From UHGV virus genome UHGV-0219032: 64,000 bases of DNA. One strand, given 5' to 3'. A model generated the notes under the pieces. It saw only the letters and a list, made by a program, of their open reading frames with translations, made no database searches and was not told the DNA's origin. The translations under genes and the position numbers were made by a program. This DNA is from a virus. Shown in pieces: positions 56,756-64,000 of the stretch (its first letter is position 1; each line of letters opens with the position of its first letter).

Positions 56756-57417
56756 TGGTTAAAAATGAATATGTAACATTAGAAGAAGTTTTAGAATCTT
56801 TACCTCATAAATTTCAAAAAGGTAAAAATGTAAGAATTATATTTGAAGCTTATTTAAAACAATATAATAAAATATTAAATTCTTATGTTCAATCAAATTT
56901 AATGTTTAATATTGATAAAGCTGTTGGAGACCAATTAGATAGAATAGGTAAGAACTTTCTTGTTTCTAGGGGTAATGATAATGATGATGATTATAGAGAG
57001 AATATTAAATTAGCATGGGTTGTTTTAAAAGCTAGTGGTAATGTTTATAATTTAAATACTATTTTCTTAGAATATTTAGGATTAGATAAAGATGTAATTT
57101 CAATATATGAAAAAGGAAATGCGAATATTGTATTGGAGTTAAGTAGAGATAGTCCAACTCCAAATATCATATCAGCAATAAACTCTATTATTGCTTTTGG
57201 AAAACCTGTCGGTGTAGGATTTTCAATAGAACCATTTACTAATGTCATTATATTAGATACATACCAACAATCTATATTTGATATGTTAATTGATAGATGG
57301 AATAATAGATTTATGAATGATAATTTAGTAATGCAAAATGAATTACATATGTATAATACTTATTATATGAATGTAAGTGTTGATAAATATGATGATGTAG
57401 AAATTGAAATATTATAG
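56755..57417 (+). CDS. tail protein (XkdU/DUF2313-like position)
   Basis: 220 aa; ATGG overlap coupling with upstream gene. Confidence 0.3.
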   Translation: MVKNEYVTLEEVLESLPHKFQKGKNVRIIFEAYLKQYNKILNSYVQSNLMFNIDKAVGDQLDRIGKNFLVSRGNDNDDDYRENIKLAWVVLKASGNVYNLNTIFLEYLGLDKDVISIYEKGNANIVLELSRDSPTPNIISAINSIIAFGKPVGVGFSIEPFTNVIILDTYQQSIFDMLIDRWNNRFMNDNLVMQNELHMYNTYYMNVSVDKYDDVEIEIL

Positions 57418-57429
57418 GAGGAATAAAAT

Positions 57430-57828
57430 ATGCCAATAGTAAAAACAGATAATGGAAGAGAAAAAAGATTAAAAGCATATAAGGGTACAATTTCAGCTCT
57501 ACCAAAAATTACACATGTTGCTGTTGGAGATGGTGGAAAAGAAGCTGATGGTAGGTTAAAAAATCCAGATTCTTCAAGAACATCTTTGTATAATGAAATT
57601 ACAAGGGTTGCTGTATCTTTTGAAGATATAAATAAATTTACAGCAAAATTTATTGGAGTATTAAACTCTGGAACAACAACAGCATTAGTTGGAAAAGATA
57701 TAAATGAAATGGCTCTAGTAGATTCTGAAGGTACATTAATTACCATAGAGACATTTAGTCTATTTGGAGATGGAGGATTTCCAAAAAATTCAATAGTAAA
57801 TTTAAAAACTCAACTTACTGTTGAGTAA
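57430..57828 (+). CDS. hypothetical tail protein
   Basis: ORF with RBS aggagg. Confidence 0.3.
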   Translation: MPIVKTDNGREKRLKAYKGTISALPKITHVAVGDGGKEADGRLKNPDSSRTSLYNEITRVAVSFEDINKFTAKFIGVLNSGTTTALVGKDINEMALVDSEGTLITIETFSLFGDGGFPKNSIVNLKTQLTVE

Positions 57829-57842
57829 TATGGAGGTGTATA

Positions 57843-58811
57843 ATGGGAGTTGTCTATTTAAAAATTTTTGATAGAGAAGATAGAGAGAATGGATATTATA
57901 TAGGAATAACAAATGATTTTAAATCAAGAATGAACGGTCATAATTCTTATGCCTATACTAGAAAATCTCAATTACCAGTTTATAGAGCTATGAGAAAATA
58001 TAACCATAAAACTGAAATATTAGCAGAAATAGATGATTATGATTTATTAAAACAAATGGAGATTGAAGCTATTAAATTATTTAGAGAATATGGTATGAGG
58101 TTATATAATTTAACAGATGGTGGAGATGGCACAGTAGGTGTAAAATTATCAAAAGAAGTTATTGAAAGAAGGGCTAGTAAATTAAGAGGTAAGAAAAGAG
58201 ACCCAGAAATTATTAAAAAGATTGCCACAGCCAATACCGGAAAGAAAAGAACTTTAGAAGTAAGGTTAAAATTATCAAATATTCATAAAGGAAAAGTTAT
58301 ACCAAGAGATATAGTTGAAAAGATTAGACAAAAAAATATAGGAAAAACTAGAAGTGATGAATTTAAACAAAAAGTAAGAGAAAGACTTTTAGGTGTAAGT
58401 TTATCAGAAGAACATAAATTACACATATCACAAAGTCATAAAGGTAAAAAACTTTCAGAAGAACATAAATTAAAAATAAAAAATTCAAATAAAGGAAGAA
58501 AACCAACAGAATTAAATATAAAAATGAGAACTTTAGGTTGGAAGAAATATTATGAAAATGGTGTAAAACTTTCGGAGGAACATAAAAATAATATTAAAAT
58601 TGGCATGAAGAAAACTCAAAAATATGGCATAGAACATCATAGTACAAAGCCAATTAATTATTATGAAGATAAACCAATAAGAAAATATGATTTTAAATGT
58701 AAATGTAAAAAATTAAATTATAATTTTGAAGATTTTGAGGAAATATTTGCATTTAAAAGAAATGGATATAATTTATATTATTATAAGTATAAGGGAGGTT
58801 TAGATGAGTAA
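57843..58811 (+). CDS. GIY-YIG homing endonuclease with tandem NUMOD3-like repeats, inserted between baseplate and tail-fibre genes
   Basis: VYLKIFDREDRENGYYIGITNDFKSRMNGH (GIY-YIG), NLTDGGDG; repeats LSEEHKLHISQSHKGKK / LSEEHKLKIKNSNKGRK / LSEEHKNNIKIGMKK. Confidence 0.7.
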   Translation: MGVVYLKIFDREDRENGYYIGITNDFKSRMNGHNSYAYTRKSQLPVYRAMRKYNHKTEILAEIDDYDLLKQMEIEAIKLFREYGMRLYNLTDGGDGTVGVKLSKEVIERRASKLRGKKRDPEIIKKIATANTGKKRTLEVRLKLSNIHKGKVIPRDIVEKIRQKNIGKTRSDEFKQKVRERLLGVSLSEEHKLHISQSHKGKKLSEEHKLKIKNSNKGRKPTELNIKMRTLGWKKYYENGVKLSEEHKNNIKIGMKKTQKYGIEHHSTKPINYYEDKPIRKYDFKCKCKKLNYNFEDFEEIFAFKRNGYNLYYYKYKGGLDE

Positions 58812-61017
58812 ACTTAATCTAAATGATGGTAAATTTAGACCCAGTATAGACGGAATTGAAAATGGTAAGACTAGCCAAGTTACAGGTATGAACTCCATAT
58901 TGAATCTAATTATGGGTAATATTAATTATTTAAAAAGTTTAGTTGATTCTAAAGCTAATAAAACAATTCAAGTTATAGCAGGAAATGGATTAGTAGGTGG
59001 CGGTGATTTATCTACTAATAGAACACTTAATATAGCTAGTGCTGATGATGGAATAACTGTTAATGCTGATAATATTAAGTTAAATATAGTAGACAATGCT
59101 ACAACTGATAGTGCAACTAGAGCTGGGAGTGCTAAGCAGATTAAATTATTGAGCGAGAATAAACAGAATAAGACTGATAGTGGATTACAGACTGATAGTA
59201 AGGAGATAGTTGGAGCTATTAATGAGAATATTTGGTATATGAGAGCTAAACATTTAACAGTACCACAAAGTTACAATAACTTAAAAAAGGGTGGATTATA
59301 TTATAGCACAGGTTCACAAAGTGGTTTTACAGACTTACCAAAAGATTATACTCATGGACTATATACTTTAGTTTTAACTCGTACAAATAATGACGGTACA
59401 CAAATTTCATTTTCTGATTATACAAGTAAGATGTGGACTAGAAGAACAGGGGGAGAATGGGTCGAGATATTGACATTGGATAATAAATATTTCTTAGGAA
59501 CTTCAGGAATATCTTCTGTAACTTATATACAAGATAGTGGAACAAAAACTCAAGGTCAAGGTTATATAGATAAAAGCACAGGTCAAGTATATTTATGTTT
59601 AGAAACAAATACTGATACTACTATTACCGATAAGTTTATGTCTATAACTAATGTTGAGTTGGGAAAGAAAGTAGAAAGTGGATTTTGGAAATTAAATGCA
59701 AAAATAATAAATGATGGAAATTTTGATATATTAGGGGTATATGAACCAGGATTCTATATGCCGGATTCGGATGGTATACAAGCTAATTGGCTGAATAAAC
59801 CATACGTAGACGTTCTGTGCTATGGTTTATTATATCAAAAACAAAATGGAAATAGACGTTCTGTGCTATATATAGGTTCGGATGGCAGAGTATATACTAA
59901 TGTTCAACTTGATAATGGTAGCTCAAGAACATGGACTGGATGGAAAAAGGCAATAACAAATGATGAAATAATAGATAATCTCACAACATCAGATAAAAGC
60001 AAAGTTTTATCTGCAAATATGGGTGTTGAATTAAACATAAATAAATCCGACAGGCGTAATAGAATTTCAGACGATGTTTCAGAGAAATCAAAATATGTTA
60101 AACTTGGAACTATAGGTATTAATATAGGTAATGGTAGAAATTTATTTTCATGCATTATGATAGGTGGCGATAATTTTGGAGACCGTAATAGTTACAAAAT
60201 TAGTTTACAAGTTTCAGGAAGGGGTAGTACTCAAAATAATGTATATATTGATGCAATAGATGCTATAAATTTATCAGGTATATCTCGTTCTATCGATGGT
60301 TATTTCATAGCTAAACCTATAAGTAGCAATCAGATGGAGATATGGTATAGAGGAGAGAGATATAGTAGAGGATTTAGTTTAGAAGCTATTTACAATAATG
60401 GTTTTACTATAAACAACCAAATGTCATGGATAGACGACGATGAAGGAACTATAGTAGAAACAGGAGTATATAAAATATTTAAAATAAAACAAGTTATGCA
60501 TGAAAACAACAAACTTTTCTTAGGAAACTCAGGTGTTTCATCAATCCTCTATATCCAAGATGCAGGACAAAAAACAGCAGGGAATGGATATGTAGATAAA
60601 ACTACAGGACAATTATATTTGTGTAAAACTACAAATTCAGATACAAGTGTTACAAGTAATTTTGTGTTGGCTACTAATATTGAAATAGCCAAAAGACAAC
60701 ACTTTACGAAAACAATGCTATTTGATGAACCCACAGGTCTCGGAGCCGGTGCCATTACACTTTCAGATAATTGGGAGAATTATGATGAATTTATAGTATA
60801 TGGTTCTAATGATAATGCTGATCATGTAGGGACTCACAGATTTAAAAAAGAAGATATTGAATATTCAATCTCTAAAGGTCAAAGATATATGATATATGGG
60901 GAAGCTAACTATTATTGGTTAGCTGAAATTACTACTGGAAGCAAAACTTGGGCTTCTGGCAACAAATGGGAAAATTGCGCAATTTTTAGAATAATTGGAA
61001 TAAAATATGGAGGGTAG
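58804..61017 (+). CDS. tail fibre protein with internal ~63-aa duplication
   Basis: Repeats at aa ~226-288 and ~567-629 (FLGTSGISSVTYIQDSGTKTQGQGYIDKSTGQVYLC / FLGNSGVSSILYIQDAGQKTAGNGYVDKTTGQLYLC); position after baseplate. Confidence 0.5.
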   Translation: MSKLNLNDGKFRPSIDGIENGKTSQVTGMNSILNLIMGNINYLKSLVDSKANKTIQVIAGNGLVGGGDLSTNRTLNIASADDGITVNADNIKLNIVDNATTDSATRAGSAKQIKLLSENKQNKTDSGLQTDSKEIVGAINENIWYMRAKHLTVPQSYNNLKKGGLYYSTGSQSGFTDLPKDYTHGLYTLVLTRTNNDGTQISFSDYTSKMWTRRTGGEWVEILTLDNKYFLGTSGISSVTYIQDSGTKTQGQGYIDKSTGQVYLCLETNTDTTITDKFMSITNVELGKKVESGFWKLNAKIINDGNFDILGVYEPGFYMPDSDGIQANWLNKPYVDVLCYGLLYQKQNGNRRSVLYIGSDGRVYTNVQLDNGSSRTWTGWKKAITNDEIIDNLTTSDKSKVLSANMGVELNINKSDRRNRISDDVSEKSKYVKLGTIGINIGNGRNLFSCIMIGGDNFGDRNSYKISLQVSGRGSTQNNVYIDAIDAINLSGISRSIDGYFIAKPISSNQMEIWYRGERYSRGFSLEAIYNNGFTINNQMSWIDDDEGTIVETGVYKIFKIKQVMHENNKLFLGNSGVSSILYIQDAGQKTAGNGYVDKTTGQLYLCKTTNSDTSVTSNFVLATNIEIAKRQHFTKTMLFDEPTGLGAGAITLSDNWENYDEFIVYGSNDNADHVGTHRFKKEDIEYSISKGQRYMIYGEANYYWLAEITTGSKTWASGNKWENCAIFRIIGIKYGG

Positions 61018-61019
61018 TT

Positions 61020-61697
61020 ATGTATATACATTATAGAGGAACTAAATTAATCACAAAATCTGGTAGACCAGATGAAGTCAATGAAGCAATACTTATGGGG
61101 GATTACTTAGATAAATCCCCTACATACACAGAAGATGGGCAAGAAATACCTTTTGTAATGCCAACTAGAGATGAAATGATAAAACAATTTATATTTCCAG
61201 ACTGGCAACAAGGCGACATCTTAGTTATAGCAGACCAGCCACTTAAATACCCTAAACTTCAAGGCGATACTCTAGTTGAAATGACTAGAGATGAAGTTTG
61301 TGAAAGTGGAGATTTAAGTATATTAACTGATGGTGAGGTTTATCAAGATGGTAAGATAACTTATAAAGCACCACCAGAAGATATGTTAAAACCTAAATGG
61401 ATTTATCCAGATTGGATAGAACAAGCAACTGAAGATGAAATAAATCTACATTTAGTTGAAACACAATATAATGAGTATGAACCACTAGATACGTACTCTA
61501 CAGTTGAACAAATGAAAAGGCAAGACCCAGCACTTGCTGAAGAATATGTGGATATGATGATTGAACTTAGAGAATTGAGAACAAGTATGCAGGACAATAA
61601 TGACAGTAAATATAAAGTTAGAACTAGAAGAAGTGTATTTAGTATTCATGAGCCTAGTGAAAAACTAAAGTTATTCAAAGAAAAATTTAGTAACTAA
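61020..61697 (+). CDS. hypothetical protein (possible fibre assembly/chaperone by position)
   Basis: ATGT overlap with fibre gene stop. Confidence 0.3.
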   Translation: MYIHYRGTKLITKSGRPDEVNEAILMGDYLDKSPTYTEDGQEIPFVMPTRDEMIKQFIFPDWQQGDILVIADQPLKYPKLQGDTLVEMTRDEVCESGDLSILTDGEVYQDGKITYKAPPEDMLKPKWIYPDWIEQATEDEINLHLVETQYNEYEPLDTYSTVEQMKRQDPALAEEYVDMMIELRELRTSMQDNNDSKYKVRTRRSVFSIHEPSEKLKLFKEKFSN

Positions 61698-61722
61698 ATA
61701 ATATATATAAAGGAGGATTAAC

Positions 61723-61971
61723 ATGATTAACTTATTTAGAAAATTAATTTTATGGTGTGCTTATAAAAGATATAAAAGATTAGATACACCAAGAACATTT
61801 GAAAAAATGGAAAGATTTGGAGTATTGGAGGATTATAAGTATTTTATGAGTGATTGTGAATATTATTTATTAGGTGAAGATAATATTAAAACACTTAGTG
61901 ATACAATATCTATTCCTAAACCAAGTAAAAAATTGGAAGATTTTAAAAATAAATTTGGAAAATTTTTCTAA
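61723..61971 (+). CDS. hypothetical protein
   Basis: ORF with RBS aaggagg. Confidence 0.3.
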   Translation: MINLFRKLILWCAYKRYKRLDTPRTFEKMERFGVLEDYKYFMSDCEYYLLGEDNIKTLSDTISIPKPSKKLEDFKNKFGKFF

Positions 61972-62036
61972 AATATTTTCACATTTATATCTAATTTTGT
62001 AGAATTATAAGTGAGAGAGATATAAGGAGTGATAAT

Positions 62037-62516
62037 TTGTTGTTAAAGTTGCTAGATAAATTAATTAAAAAATATTACATAAATATTCAACAAATTATAA
62101 ATAACAGCGATAACGACATGGGAGACATTAAAAACGAAGCATACATAATTCTACATGAAAATTATGATAAGATATTAAAAAATGATAAAATATTTATTAA
62201 TGAATTAAAAACAAAATGTTTAAAATTTAATAAATATGGAAAAAGAATTGAAAGTTCTAAAAGATGGGAATATTTTAACCAAAAAGAAGAACAAATGAAT
62301 GATAATACAAATAAATACTCAAATTTAAATGAGGATAATTTATGTTTGTTATTAGATATTAAAAATTTTATTGGAGAAAAAGATTATAATTTCTTATTAG
62401 ATTATTATGCTTTGGGGTATAAAGAAACATCTATAAAATACAAAATATCTCCAAGTTTAACAAGAAAAAGGGTTAGTTTATTGATTGATAAAATAAGGAA
62501 GGAAATGCAAGTATGA
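62037..62516 (+). CDS. possible sigma-factor-like/HTH regulator
   Basis: C-terminal LGYKETSIKYKISPSLTRKRVSLLIDKIRKEM resembles sigma70 region 4 HTH; non-ATG start. Confidence 0.3.
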   Translation: MLLKLLDKLIKKYYINIQQIINNSDNDMGDIKNEAYIILHENYDKILKNDKIFINELKTKCLKFNKYGKRIESSKRWEYFNQKEEQMNDNTNKYSNLNEDNLCLLLDIKNFIGEKDYNFLLDYYALGYKETSIKYKISPSLTRKRVSLLIDKIRKEMQV

Positions 62517-63106
62517 TAATAGATGATTCATTAGGTAAAATTACATTTCAATGTAAGCATTGTGGAAATGATGATTTAAGGTATATGCAATTTGCATCTT
62601 TAAATAATCAAAGCCCACAATATAAAAACAATTTATACCGTCAAAATTGGGATTACGAAACTACTCCAAAAATACCTATTGGAATACATATAAAATGTGC
62701 TAAATGTGGTAAAGATACATTTATTATTCCAAATTATTATGGAGGAACTGAATGGGGAAATGATATACCACAACAATGTATGACACATGTTCAATTTCAA
62801 CAACCAGAGTATAGTGATATAAAATATATTATTAATCCAGATGGATTTTTGGATAGAATTGTAGTAACATCTCAAAATAAATATATTTCTATGATTACAG
62901 AGGAAGTTTTACCAGATGGTATAAATAATTTAATTATAGATAAAGCACAATATGAAACTTTATTAGGAAGAGGATTAAAAGAAGTAACAAAAGTTACAAA
63001 TAACAATGAGAATATTATTATTCAACCAGAAAATAAAAATAATGTTGAGGTAGTTACACCACCTACAACAACACATGGAAATAGTAAAAATTCTAATAAA
63101 AAATAG
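62513..63106 (+). CDS. hypothetical zinc-ribbon protein
   Basis: CKHCGN...CAKCGKDT near N-terminus. Confidence 0.3.
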   Translation: MIIDDSLGKITFQCKHCGNDDLRYMQFASLNNQSPQYKNNLYRQNWDYETTPKIPIGIHIKCAKCGKDTFIIPNYYGGTEWGNDIPQQCMTHVQFQQPEYSDIKYIINPDGFLDRIVVTSQNKYISMITEEVLPDGINNLIIDKAQYETLLGRGLKEVTKVTNNNENIIIQPENKNNVEVVTPPTTTHGNSKNSNKK

Positions 63107-63109
63107 GAG

Positions 63110-63403
63110 ATGTTAATTATGAACAATAATATAAATAAAGAATTAACACAAATGGCTATGCAAATATTTGGACAAGAAAATTTCCAAAATATGGCACAGA
63201 AATTTGAATCTATGTCTGAACAAGAAAGACAAAATTTATTTAGAACAATTAGTCCAATGCAACAAAATCAATTAATGCAATTTTTTCAAAGCAAAGGATT
63301 AAATATATCTCAATTTATGAATGGTGGGGGAATGAATCAAATGCAAGGTCAAGGTCAAAATATGATGCCTATGACACCTACACCTAGAAAATTTAATTAC
63401 TAA
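63110..63403 (+). CDS. hypothetical Q/M-rich low-complexity protein
   Basis: MQQNQLMQFFQSKG...GGGMNQMQGQGQNMMPM. Confidence 0.3.
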   Translation: MLIMNNNINKELTQMAMQIFGQENFQNMAQKFESMSEQERQNLFRTISPMQQNQLMQFFQSKGLNISQFMNGGGMNQMQGQGQNMMPMTPTPRKFNY

Positions 63404-63503
63404 ATTAATAATACCAAAACTAATATTCTAGGCATTTAGTAGAGGTTTTATTATATAAAATAAAATTAGATGGTGATGTAGCCATCAACAAGGAGGATTA
63501 TAT

Positions 63504-64000
63504 ATGGAAATGAATATGCCTGTAACTCCAGCTATGTTTGGAAACAATGGTGGATTATTTGGAAACGGAAGCGATTGGTTAGGATTTATATTCCTTGCTA
63601 TGATTTTCGGTTGGGGTGGAAATGGATTTGGATTTGGAGGAAGAGGTGCTGGAACTGGTGTTTTAGCAACTGATAATCTAATTTCAAATGAATTTAATTT
63701 CAACACTTTAAACAATGGAATTAGAGGATTAGAAAGAGGACTATGTGATTTAGGTTACTCTTTAGCTCAACAAGAAGGTCAAACTAGAGAAGTTATTGCA
63801 AGTTCAACATTTGCTTTAGATAAGGGAATTACAGCTCTAGGTTCACAAATGGCTGACTGTTGTTGCGGTATCAATAGAAACATAGATGCTGTTAGATATG
63901 AAAATGCAAAAAATACTTGCGACATCATAACTAATGCAAATATGAATACTAGAGACCTAATTGAAGCTGGTAATGCTAATACTCAAAGAATCATAGATAT
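63504..64000 (+). CDS. hypothetical glycine-rich protein with hydrophobic N-terminal segment, 3' end beyond window
   Basis: RBS aaggagg then MEMNMPVTPAMFGNNGGLFGNGSDWLGFIFLAMIFGWGGNGFGFGG...; open to window end. Not in the ORF track because it is unterminated. Confidence 0.4.
   Translation, partial: MEMNMPVTPAMFGNNGGLFGNGSDWLGFIFLAMIFGWGGNGFGFGGRGAGTGVLATDNLISNEFNFNTLNNGIRGLERGLCDLGYSLAQQEGQTREVIASSTFALDKGITALGSQMADCCCGINRNIDAVRYENAKNTCDIITNANMNTRDLIEAGNANTQRIID

Noticed and set aside
63485-63715. 76-aa minus-strand proline-rich ORF
   Set aside because: Antisense to the glycine-rich plus-strand gene that has a strong RBS. The proline codons are just the complement of glycine codons.
1-64000. 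CRISPR array or cas genes
   Set aside because: No regularly spaced direct repeats with unique spacers. The only tandem repeats are the three iterons and short intragenic repeats.

Overview
This window looks like a 64 kb stretch of a large, AT-rich (about 27-30% GC, by eye) tailed dsDNA phage with a contractile tail, probably infecting a low-GC Firmicute/Clostridia-like host. No integrase was seen.

Positions 1-31,000 are almost all minus-strand genes forming a replication, recombination and nucleotide-metabolism module:
- two intact and one frameshifted DNA methyltransferase (MTase)
- a DEDD exonuclease fused to a guanylate-kinase-like domain
- an ATP-dependent ligase
- a SprT-like protease
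- DNA polymerase III alpha
- anaerobic ribonucleotide reductase NrdD/NrdG
- a diverged ThyX-like protein, FolD and dUTPase
- a Toprim primase
- an AAA_24-like ATPase, a RecB/Cas4-like nuclease and a RuvC-like resolvase
- an HU-like protein
- a DnaB-like helicase that carries an intein
- a PcfJ-like protein

At 31.0-31.45 kb sits a divergent control region. It has near-consensus sigma70-type promoters on both strands and three 15-bp iterons, upstream of a putative Rep-like initiator.

From 31.5 kb onward genes run on the plus strand:
- an SF1 UvrD-like helicase carrying a second intein
- a cluster of 9-10 tRNAs interrupted by a GIY-YIG homing-endonuclease gene (HEG) plus an orphan tRNA 3' half
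- a vWA/DUF2828-like protein and terminase large subunit
- portal, scaffold and capsid candidates
- a PBSX-like contractile-tail module: sheath, tube, chaperone pair with possible frameshift, tape measure, baseplate J and others, a second GIY-YIG HEG, and a tail fibre with an internal duplication
- late small genes, with a partial glycine-rich gene at the end

The most notable things are the density of selfish elements and the regulatory repeats. There are two LAGLIDADG inteins, two GIY-YIG HEGs and one HNH-AP2 HEG. The regulatory repeats are the iterons and a 47-bp promoter-plus-leader element present twice. Other notable items are an A8-tract-frameshifted MTase, a thymidylate/folate module, and several atypical tRNAs.

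All calls are from reading the sequence by eye. No database searches were run.
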